A stretch of 64,000 nt of DNA, taken from NCBI GenBank assembly GCA_016870815.1, contig VGAI01000001.1, positions 3,352 through 67,351 on the forward strand. Reading direction: 5' to 3'. Below, piece by piece: positions 56,768 through 64,000 of the stretch; the stretch's first letter is position 1, and the number at the start of each line of letters is the position of its first letter. Made by a program: the position numbers and the translations under genes. The notes beneath the pieces are model-generated. The model did no database searches. It was given only the letters and a program-made list of their open reading frames with translations, and was not told the DNA's origin. This DNA comes from Actinomycetota bacterium. Its GTDB lineage: Bacteria; Actinomycetota; Actinomycetes; Nanopelagicales; Nanopelagicaceae.

Positions 56768-57321
56768 GCTCTTCCCAGGTACTGACCTGTTCGCGTATCG
56801 ACGAGCACCTTCTCCCCTTGTTTGATGAAAAGAGGGACTTGAACATTGATGCCAGTCTCTAGGGTTGCTGGCTTAGATCCAGCGTTTGATCGATCACCTT
56901 GGAGACCGGGTTCGGTATAGGTGATCGTCAACTCGACTGATGCAGGTAACTCAATGAAGAGAGGACTTCCCTCGTGGATTGCAACGATGGCGTTGGTGTT
57001 CTCCAACATGTAGTTTGCAGATTCACCGACTGTCTCTCCTGAAACTGTGATCTGGTCATAGCTCGTGGAATCCATAAAGACGAAATCTTCGCCATCCTTA
57101 TAGAGGAATTGCATCTCTCGACGCTCAAGAATCGCAACATCAACTTTGATTCCGGCGTTGAAGGTCTTCTCTACTACCTTGCCGCTCATGACATTCTTCA
57201 TCTTTGTGCGAACAAATGCCGGACCCTTACCAGGTTTGACGTGTTGAAACTCGACGACAGTCCAGAGCTGCCCATCAAGGTCAAGTGTCATGCCGTTCTT
57301 CAAATCGTTTGTCGTTGCCAC
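56764..57321 (-). CDS. efp: Elongation factor P
   Basis: (M)[32 protein letters not shown]... I prefer the start GTG at 57321. It reproduces the usual actinobacterial N-terminus and gives a 185-aa length. The track ATG at 57339 has no SD within normal spacing. Confidence 0.9.
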   Translation of the reverse strand: MATTNDLKNGMTLDLDGQLWTVVEFQHVKPGKGPAFVRTKMKNVMSGKVVEKTFNAGIKVDVAILERREMQFLYKDGEDFVFMDSTSYDQITVSGETVGESANYMLENTNAIVAIHEGSPLFIELPASVELTITYTEPGLQGDRSNAGSKPATLETGINVQVPLFIKQGEKVLVDTRTGQYLGRA

Positions 57322-57406
57322 GATGCTCTCTATTCCCATAAGGTCGGTTTGAGGACTCCGTAAAGTCAGAGCCTCATTCTATTGGGTAATTTATCTAGAA
57401 CTGCTT

Positions 57407-57859
57407 CTATTGATTAGCCTCAATAAGGCCTTTCATCGCGATCAATGCCAGCCGATACGAATCCTCTTTGAATCCCCCAATAGTGCCAGTTGCTACTCCA
57501 GCAATCATCGAGGTATGCCTGAACTCTTCTCTCGCCAAGGGATTAGAGAGATGCACTTCGATCAGGGGCGCACGAAGGAGCGCTGCTGCATCTCGTATAG
57601 CGACTGAGTAATGGGTGAAAGCAGCCGGGTTGAAGATGACCGGATGAGAATGGTCGGCCGCCTCATGAAGCCAGCCAATAAGTGTTGCTTCGTCATCACT
57701 TTGCCGGATATCAACCTTTAGCCCTAACTCTTGCGCGACATCTTCAACCAATTTGTGTAACTGTGGATAGTTAAGTTCGCCATAATGCGTTCTCTCACGG
57801 AGGTCGAGGCGAGAGAGATTCGGTCCGTTTAGCACCAAGATTGTCTCTGTGGAACTCAA
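57407..57859 (-). CDS. aroQ: Type II 3-dehydroquinate dehydratase
   Basis: ILVLNGPNLSRL..RE...YG, IRQSDDEATLIGWLHEA, FNPAAFTHYSVAIRDA. Confidence 0.92.
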   Translation of the reverse strand: MSSTETILVLNGPNLSRLDLRERTHYGELNYPQLHKLVEDVAQELGLKVDIRQSDDEATLIGWLHEAADHSHPVIFNPAAFTHYSVAIRDAAALLRAPLIEVHLSNPLAREEFRHTSMIAGVATGTIGGFKEDSYRLALIAMKGLIEANQ

Positions 57860-58908
57860 CTCATCACCTCCTGATAAGCCACGCGAAGATTCCCTTCCTT
57901 TAACTCTGCGAAGAGGACTGGGTTACCAATCTCGCGCAGCAATACGAATCGAATTATCCCATCCTTATTCTTCTTATCCAGGCGCATCACCGAAAAGAGC
58001 GAATCGAAAGCACCAGAATCAAAACGCACTGGAAGGTCATACCGCTCAAGGAGCTCTCGGTGGCGAAGATAAGACTCACGCTCTAAGCCAAGATGTTTGA
58101 ATCCGAGATGCGCGGCGAAGTTAAGTCCTATAGAGACTGCCTCCCCGTGACGTAGTTGATATCCACTCAGATGCTCAATTGCGTGACCGAGGGTGTGTCC
58201 GTAGTTCAGAAATGCGCGTGATCCGCTCTCCCGGAAATCTTCAGAGACTATCTTTGCCTTGACCGCGATACTACGTCGTACCAGATCGCTCAGCTTCGCA
58301 ATCCCCTGAGGGTTTCTTAACTCCTCAAGCGTTGAGTCTTCCAAGTTCTTCAATATTTCGGGGTCAGCGATAAAGCCGCACTTGATCACTTCTGCAAGGC
58401 CTGCTCGAAAGTCCCGATCAGTAAGAGTCGATAGCAGGGCGAGATCAATAATCACTTCCTTCGGCGAATGAAACGAACCAATCAAGTTCTTTCCGCTTCT
58501 ACCATTGATTCCAGTCTTCCCTCCAACTGATGCATCAACCATCCCGGCCAGAGTTGTCGGAATCGCAATCCAATCGATTCCCCGAAGCCAAGTGGCTGCT
58601 GCGAAACCGGCGAAATCGGTAATTGATCCACCACCAATCGCCACTATCAAATCCTGTCGCTCTATTCCATGAGATTCTAAGAATTCCCATGCTGCTTGCA
58701 GCGTTACAACATCCTTCGCTGCTTCACCATCTGGAACCAAGAAAAGATCGAAGCCTTCAATGCTTAGTCCAATCGCATCTGCAACCTTCGAAGAAGTGAT
58801 GAGGACTGACTTTCGCTTCGCCCTAATCTCATTCAATTTTTCGAGCCACGAATCCGCGAAAGTGACCTGGTAAGCGTGTTCGCCGTCGACTGCAATCGTC
58901 TTCTTCAT
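57856..58908 (-). CDS. aroB: 3-dehydroquinate synthase
   Basis: IAIGGGSITDFAGFAAATWLRGIDWIAIPTTLAGMVDASVGGKTGIN and LNYGHTLGHAIE. Confidence 0.92.
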   Translation of the reverse strand: MKKTIAVDGEHAYQVTFADSWLEKLNEIRAKRKSVLITSSKVADAIGLSIEGFDLFLVPDGEAAKDVVTLQAAWEFLESHGIERQDLIVAIGGGSITDFAGFAAATWLRGIDWIAIPTTLAGMVDASVGGKTGINGRSGKNLIGSFHSPKEVIIDLALLSTLTDRDFRAGLAEVIKCGFIADPEILKNLEDSTLEELRNPQGIAKLSDLVRRSIAVKAKIVSEDFRESGSRAFLNYGHTLGHAIEHLSGYQLRHGEAVSIGLNFAAHLGFKHLGLERESYLRHRELLERYDLPVRFDSGAFDSLFSVMRLDKKNKDGIIRFVLLREIGNPVLFAELKEGNLRVAYQEVMS

Positions 58909-59447
58909 GCTGCTTCCAAGAATTTCTCGATCTCGATGGCAACATCTTCGGGACTCTTCTCATTGGTGTCGATTGTTACCGATGCGAGTGAGTGATAAAT
59001 CGGTCGGCGATGATTCATCAACTCCTGCCATTGCTGACGTGGATTGATCATCAGTAGCGGCCGCTCACGATTGAATCCCACTCGAGGCGCGGCACTTGAA
59101 AGCGAAACATCAAGGTAAATCACATCGTCGCGATTATTCAAAGCTCGTTGAACTCGTTCGCTCAGTATCGAACCGCCACCAAGCGCGAGAATGACCGGTT
59201 GGTTCGGCTTTGATGCATCCTCTTCAATGCTCTTGAGAACGATTGTCTCCTCGATCTCACGAAACTTCGCTTCACCATCCTCAATGAAGATCTGCGAGAC
59301 TTTCTTTCCAGTCGATTCCTCAATCATGATGTCTGTATCCAGGAAAGGCAGGCCCATCTCTCTCGCCAGAAGACCTCCGACCGTGCTCTTTCCAGCGCCC
59401 GGTGGCCCGATTAAAATGCAGCCTCGCACTCTGGTGGAGACCTCCAT
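58905..59447 (-). CDS. aroK: Shikimate kinase
   Basis: P-loop LIGPPGAGKSTVG, FLDTD, and FREIEE. Confidence 0.88.
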   Translation of the reverse strand: MEVSTRVRGCILIGPPGAGKSTVGGLLAREMGLPFLDTDIMIEESTGKKVSQIFIEDGEAKFREIEETIVLKSIEEDASKPNQPVILALGGGSILSERVQRALNNRDDVIYLDVSLSSAAPRVGFNRERPLLMINPRQQWQELMNHRRPIYHSLASVTIDTNEKSPEDVAIEIEKFLEAA

Positions 59448-60631
59448 TACTTGATCTTCATCGAACTCAAATAGTTCTTAAGGTTTCTTTCCGATTCCTC
59501 GAGACTATCGCCACCGAATTTTTCAAGAAAGGCTTCAGCGAGCACGAGAGCAACCATCGCTTCACCGATGACGCCAGCAGCGGGAACTGCGCATACATCC
59601 GAGCGCTGATTGATTGCCTTAGCTACTTCCCCCGTGGATACATCAACAGTTGAGAGAGCCTTAGGCACGGTTGAGATGGGCTTCATCGCTGCTCTCACTC
59701 GCAACGTCTCGCCATTACTCATACCGCCCTCGGTACCTCCAGAGCGATTCGAAGCTCTCATGAGTCCATCGCTACCGCGTTGGATTTCATCGTGCGCACC
59801 CGATCCTCGCCGTGAGGCCGTTACAAAACCATCGCCAACTTCTACGCCTTTGATTGCTTGGATACTCATTAGCGCGCCAGCCAATCGACCATCAATTCGT
59901 CGATCCCAATGCACATGCGAACCCAGCCCAATGGGAACATTGAAGGCCAAGACTTCGAAAACCCCGCCGAGTGTATCCCCATCATTATGGGCCGCTTCTA
60001 TCTCTGCGACCAACTTTGCACTCAAAGTAGGATCTGCTGCACGAACCGCATCCCCATCTATGCTCGCAAGATCACTAAACTTCGGATTGATCTCAAGTTG
60101 CAGTGAGTGATCTGAGACTGAACCAATCGCAACAACATGACTGAGAGTCTCTATCCCAGCAACCTGCTTTAAGAAATTCTTTGCGACCTTCCCTAGGGCA
60201 ACTCGCATGGCAGTTTCTCGAGCGCTCGCTCGTTCTAAAATCGGCCGCGCGTCGTCGAAACCATATTTCTGCATCCCCACGAGATCTGCATGACCGGGCC
60301 GTGGTCTAGTTAGCGCTTCGTTGCGAGCAAGACCCTCAATCTGCTCTTTCGAGACTGGGTCGGCGGACATGACCTTCTCCCACTTCGGCCATTCAGTATT
60401 TGCTATTTCGATCGCGACGGGACCGCCTTGGGTCAAACCATGTCTAACGCCACCGAGAATGCGAACTTCATCAACCTCAAACTTTTGGCGAGCCCCTCGA
60501 CCGAAACCAAGTCGACGACGGGCCAGCTCATTTTCTAAGTCTTTACTTGAGATTGAGACATTAGCTGGCACTCCCTCGAGAATCCCGAGCAGGGCTGGGC
60601 CATGAGATTCACCTGCAGTAAGCCAACGCAC
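59447..60631 (-). CDS. aroC: Chorismate synthase
   Basis: (M)[13 protein letters not shown]... and [13 protein letters not shown] trimmed the track ORF (60736, which overlaps the upstream gene) to the GTG at 60631, which has the SD gggag about 12 nt upstream. Confidence 0.93.
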   Translation of the reverse strand: MRWLTAGESHGPALLGILEGVPANVSISSKDLENELARRRLGFGRGARQKFEVDEVRILGGVRHGLTQGGPVAIEIANTEWPKWEKVMSADPVSKEQIEGLARNEALTRPRPGHADLVGMQKYGFDDARPILERASARETAMRVALGKVAKNFLKQVAGIETLSHVVAIGSVSDHSLQLEINPKFSDLASIDGDAVRAADPTLSAKLVAEIEAAHNDGDTLGGVFEVLAFNVPIGLGSHVHWDRRIDGRLAGALMSIQAIKGVEVGDGFVTASRRGSGAHDEIQRGSDGLMRASNRSGGTEGGMSNGETLRVRAAMKPISTVPKALSTVDVSTGEVAKAINQRSDVCAVPAAGVIGEAMVALVLAEAFLEKFGGDSLEESERNLKNYLSSMKIK

Positions 60632-60671
60632 GCCCGAATTCTCCCACAGCGTTACCTCTCCAAGGAGCGGG

Positions 60672-61106
60672 TTAGAAAAACACGCCAACGAGGGCGCCCA
60701 CCCCGAGAAAAGGGGCAAAGGGTAGCGATTGATCAAGAGATCGGCGCAGGAGCTTGAGCACTCCGTTGAGCAGGAGCGATGAGAGGCCGATAGCTAGGAG
60801 GAAGGCGATCCAATTCATACCCGCGCCGATCGACCAAATCAGATAGACGAGAAGTTTCACATCCCCCATTCCAAAATTTCGCATAATCCACGGGCCCGAA
60901 ATTGGGGCAACAACCAAAATGAGGGCAACGAGAAATGCGATCGCCCCGCCTCGATGGTTGAGACCGTCGAGGCGTGCGAATAGAAGGTGGATGGGAAATG
61001 CGAAGAGCAGTAACAAATTGGGGATCCTGTGCGTTCTCAGATCAATAATCGCGGCAATCAATAAAACCAGAGAAGCGACTACAAGATGAAAGGATGTTTC
61101 GGGCAC
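60672..61106 (-). CDS. A24-family prepilin peptidase-like membrane protein
   Basis: 144 aa and polytopic. The two aspartate contexts typical of A24 peptidases are present ([11 protein letters not shown] and FGMGDVKLL). It sits between aroC and aroE, as in many actinobacteria. Confidence 0.7.
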   Translation of the reverse strand: MPETSFHLVVASLVLLIAAIIDLRTHRIPNLLLLFAFPIHLLFARLDGLNHRGGAIAFLVALILVVAPISGPWIMRNFGMGDVKLLVYLIWSIGAGMNWIAFLLAIGLSSLLLNGVLKLLRRSLDQSLPFAPFLGVGALVGVFF

Positions 61107-61136
61107 AGCCTAAAGTACTCGAGAAGAAAGTTGGGA

Positions 61137-61943
61137 CTAGAGAGAAACCTCGCGAGCTGTGGAAACTTTTATTTCTTGGAACATCTTCTCCCGGTCAAAA
61201 TCTAACCCTGTGAACAAAGCTGCCTGATCAACTGCCTGTGCTACCAAGAGAGAGAGGCCAGAAACCACTTTCCCTTTTATCACGCCGGCCAATGTAGATG
61301 GCCATGGAGAATATGTAATGTCAAGCAGCGTTCCCTCAAAGCCTTGAAGTTGCCTTGAGATGCTTGATTGAGCCGCGGAGGGAATGGTGGAGATAATCAA
61401 TTGTTGGCTGCCATCTGGTTTCAAGTTTTCAATCTCTAGGAAAGTTACCTCTAGTTGGCTCGCACTTCGAAGTAAGGCATCGCCATGTGAACTTCGACGA
61501 AAGACTTCCAACTTTCCTATTCCCTTCCCTTGAGTCTTTATCGCTTCAAGAGCAACCATCACTGAGCGCGCTGTTGCACCAGAACCAATAATGGCTACGC
61601 TTTCAAATTCTCTTTCCAGCTCGCTCAGCACTCGAACCAACCCAGAGACATCAGTGTTATACCCGCGTCCCTTTGTGATCGTGTTGACACTATGAGCGGC
61701 AACGGAAAAGGAATCACAGGCCAAATTCAGCGAAAAAGCCACTTCCTTCAGCGGCATAGTCAGCGAAAAACCGCTCCATTCTTCCGTGGCAAGTGCCTGC
61801 TGGATAAATTCAACCGCAGTAAATTGGTCATGCTCTAATCGCTGATAGGAGTATTCAAGCCCCAGTTTCTCGTAAATCTGTCCATGGACCAATGGAGAGA
61901 GCGAGTGAGTGACCGGCTTTCCGAGCACCGCAGCCTTAATCAT
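61137..61943 (-). CDS. aroE: Shikimate dehydrogenase
   Basis: MIKAAVLGKPVTHSLSPLVHG..., TMPLK, NTD, and IIGSGATARS. I trimmed the track ORF (62060) to the ATG at 61943, which overlaps the mltG stop by 8 nt (ATGATTAA). Confidence 0.85.
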   Translation of the reverse strand: MIKAAVLGKPVTHSLSPLVHGQIYEKLGLEYSYQRLEHDQFTAVEFIQQALATEEWSGFSLTMPLKEVAFSLNLACDSFSVAAHSVNTITKGRGYNTDVSGLVRVLSELEREFESVAIIGSGATARSVMVALEAIKTQGKGIGKLEVFRRSSHGDALLRSASQLEVTFLEIENLKPDGSQQLIISTIPSAAQSSISRQLQGFEGTLLDITYSPWPSTLAGVIKGKVVSGLSLLVAQAVDQAALFTGLDFDREKMFQEIKVSTAREVSL

Positions 61944-62976
61944 CGAAAAGTCCAGCCCTGTAGTTCTTGCGATACAGCTCTTTCCAGGCCAAGAACTCAT
62001 CGTAACTATTGGTGAAGCGAGTCTCTTTTGGTGCGACGGTAATGAAATAGAGCCAATCACCAGACTCTGGATCTAGCGCTGCTCGCATAGCCGCGCTGGT
62101 AGGGCTTCCGATGGGACCTGGAGGCAAGCCTTGCCTTTGATAGGTGTTGTACGGACTCTTGATCTTCGTTCCAGCCAGAGAAACTGCGATATTTCCTCGC
62201 TCGCGTTTGATGTAATGAATCGTCGAATCCATCTGTAGCGCCATCTTTCGCTCAAGACGGTTGTAGATCACTCGCGAGATTTTTGCAAAGACATCCGGCG
62301 TGCCCTCCGCCTCCACAATGGATGCAATGACAAGGAACTCATCGGGTGAAATACCTTGAGGTAGGCGTTGCAAGTCGAGCTCACCAAGCGCCTCAGTGAA
62401 CCTTCGTGTCATTGCATCAATCACTTCATCTGTGCTCGCTCCCGGCTCGAAACTATATCTGGCAGGGTAGAGAAAGCCTTCGAGTGATTTCAGCGTGAAG
62501 GGTTTTGCGGGTTTCCGACTCGTAAGGATTTTCGCAACATCCTTGAAGCCATTCGCTTCAAGGATCGCAACGACTTCATCGAGACGCGCACCATCTCGAA
62601 CCGAGATCAATCCGATAATCCGATCGAGGTCAAGCAACTGCTCAAGGGCCTTTGATGCAGGTATCTTCGTATCTATTCGGTAGGTTCCAGGCGCAATTCG
62701 GCTAGAGCGGGGATCACTCACAGCAAGCCTAAAGAAGGTCTCTGCCGATTTGATCACGCCAGCCTCTTCCAATTTCTTCGCAATCTCAGATCCACTTTCA
62801 CCGGATTCGATCACCAAGGTAATCGAACCTTCACTCACCCCACTCTGAAAATCGGGCAGCACACTTGGTCGATTTGCAATCTCGCGGAGCGTGAAGGTAA
62901 TCAACCCCATGGCGAGAATGATTACGATGAAGAGAAGGAAATCATTTCTCTTTCGAAGCGGAGTGCGTTCGATCAT
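61936..62976 (-). CDS. mltG: Endolytic murein transglycosylase MltG (YceG-like)
   Basis: N-terminal TM anchor and YceG domain pattern (LEGFLYPARY...IASIVEAE...VIYNRL...LQMDSTIHY...SPYNTYQRQGLPPGPIGSP). Confidence 0.88.
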   Translation of the reverse strand: MIERTPLRKRNDFLLFIVIILAMGLITFTLREIANRPSVLPDFQSGVSEGSITLVIESGESGSEIAKKLEEAGVIKSAETFFRLAVSDPRSSRIAPGTYRIDTKIPASKALEQLLDLDRIIGLISVRDGARLDEVVAILEANGFKDVAKILTSRKPAKPFTLKSLEGFLYPARYSFEPGASTDEVIDAMTRRFTEALGELDLQRLPQGISPDEFLVIASIVEAEGTPDVFAKISRVIYNRLERKMALQMDSTIHYIKRERGNIAVSLAGTKIKSPYNTYQRQGLPPGPIGSPTSAAMRAALDPESGDWLYFITVAPKETRFTNSYDEFLAWKELYRKNYRAGLFDD

Positions 62977-63419
62977 GAGATTTCACTGCCCGCAAGCTGA
63001 CCTGTGTTCTTCTCGGTCATCAAAGCCTGCTCGAGAAGAACGCTAGCCGCTACCGCATCAATCTCTTTACGAGCTTCTCTTTCCCTCTTTCCACCATCGC
63101 GCAATTGCATGGCAGCACTTTTCGTTGAAAGCCTTTCGTCGATAAGACGTATCGGGCCGTGAAACTTCTCGCTCACTTCAATGGCGAAATCTCTGGCGAG
63201 ATTAGCAGCGCTCCCCACATTGCCAGTCAAGGTAATGGGGTATCCGATATAGAGCGTCACTGGACTGTACTCAACGATCAGATCACTCAAGCCACTCTCC
63301 CAATCCGAACTATCGAGAGTCGTGACTGGGAAAACGAATTGGCCATCGGGATCACTCACTGCCACGCCGATACGAACTAACCCGTAATCAAGAGCAAGCC
63401 GGCGACCTTTCGTAATCAT
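62973..63419 (-). CDS. ruvX: Holliday-junction-resolvase-like pre-16S rRNA nuclease RuvX (YqgF)
   Basis: RRLALDYGLVRIGVAVSD... and ...DERLST. 4-nt overlap with the mltG start. Confidence 0.88.
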   Translation of the reverse strand: MITKGRRLALDYGLVRIGVAVSDPDGQFVFPVTTLDSSDWESGLSDLIVEYSPVTLYIGYPITLTGNVGSAANLARDFAIEVSEKFHGPIRLIDERLSTKSAAMQLRDGGKREREARKEIDAVAASVLLEQALMTEKNTGQLAGSEIS

Positions 63420-63440
63420 GATCTCCGTCCTGAACTCTTA

Positions 63441-64000
63441 CTAACTAAAGAGGGAAGAACGTAGTTCGCTCTCTATCGCGACAAACGCCTTCTTAAGCGC
63501 GGTGAGATCTGTTCCGCCTCCTTGGGCAAAATCATCTTTTCCGCCACCGCCGCCGGCAAGGAGATTGGACCCTGATTTCACGAGCGCACCCGCTTTTGCT
63601 CCTGCTTTTCGCGCCAGATCATCCACTGCAGAGACCAGCACAACCTTCCCCTCTCGAATACTGGAGAGAACGATCACGGAGTTCGGCCGTTTAGCCCGCA
63701 GGACAAGAGATATCTGTCGCAGTTCATCTGCCGTCAAAGATTGATCGAATGAGTGCGCTACAAGCGTAGTCTCACCAATCTTGGGCGCGCTCTCTAGGAC
63801 CTTGGCCAGCGAATCTAACGCCTTCGCCACACGAACTTCAGTCAACTCTTTCTCTGCACTCTTCAATGACTCAAGGAGGGATTCAATCCGTTGAGGAACT
63901 TCCTCACTTCGAGTTACTTTCAATATATCGATAACCCGACCTAAGAGAAGATTCTCTCTGGCTAAGAATGAATAGGCATCTATTCCCACAAGTGCTTCAA
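63441..64000 (-). CDS. alaS: Alanine--tRNA ligase, C-terminal part (5' end of the gene lies beyond the window)
   Basis: The frame stays open to the window edge upstream of the track start. It has a coiled-coil region and the C-terminal DHHA1-type motif GGGGGKDDFAQGGG. Its position upstream of ruvX-mltG-aroE matches mycobacteria. Confidence 0.85.
   Translation of the reverse strand, partial: EALVGIDAYSFLARENLLLGRVIDILKVTRSEEVPQRIESLLESLKSAEKELTEVRVAKALDSLAKVLESAPKIGETTLVAHSFDQSLTADELRQISLVLRAKRPNSVIVLSSIREGKVVLVSAVDDLARKAGAKAGALVKSGSNLLAGGGGGKDDFAQGGGTDLTALKKAFVAIESELRSSLFS

Noticed and set aside
1-64000. Mobile elements, CRISPR arrays, toxin-antitoxin or defence islands, prophage remnants, and rRNA genes.
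   Set aside because: I found no transposase, integrase or Cas-like ORFs, no spacer-repeat arrays, and no long inverted terminal repeats. I saw no obvious compositional island by eye. Every gap longer than about 90 nt is accounted for by a tRNA, a divergent promoter region or a terminator.

Overview
This 64-kb window reads as conserved core chromosome of a genome-streamlined actinobacterium. The evidence is mshC (mycothiol), PafBC, MihF, split Lnt/Ppm1, and gene order that I recall matching Mycobacterium tuberculosis blocks Rv1822-Rv1832, Rv2051c, Rv2090-Rv2096c, Rv2118c-Rv2141c, Rv1379-Rv1408 and Rv2533c-Rv2555c. GC looks moderate by eye.

I call 66 protein-coding genes, two of them cut by the window edges. 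I also call 2 tRNAs (Pro-GGG, Leu-GAG), one strong bidirectional intrinsic terminator, a PyrR-binding leader, and a few candidate promoters. By my tally of the gaps between calls, only about 1.9 kb (about 3%) is not protein-coding. More than 20 neighbouring genes share start/stop overlaps such as ATGA or GTGA.

Several ORF-track entries are N-terminally over-extended into the upstream gene or a tRNA. I trimmed these to starts supported by homolog N-termini, Shine-Dalgarno (SD) spacing, or canonical 4-nt overlaps. I see no rRNA, CRISPR array, transposase, integrase, prophage or defence-island content.

I do not see a convincing brand-new multi-gene system here. The window is mostly ordinary housekeeping sequence. 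The leads worth a second look are:
- pafBC is retained, but the whole Pup-proteasome block is missing from its ancestral slot between pafB and trmI.
- A good match to the PafBC-dependent RDRM promoter motif lies in front of a MerR-family regulator.
- The uncharacterised actinobacterial trio (PI-kinase-like SCO1664 family, 3-Cys DUF3090, phosphomutase-like histidine phosphatase) is translationally coupled and lies directly upstream of mshC. A hairpin with a 14-nt tandem repeat sits between the trio and mshC.
- There are in-frame MihF-Gmk and Cmk-Der fusions.
- PriA lacks Walker A and DExH motifs.
- A class 1B pyrK-pyrD pair is inserted in the pyr operon.
- A nucleotide-salvage cluster carries two uncharacterised membrane proteins.

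All family assignments come from motif and pattern recognition on the translated ORFs, not from database searches.
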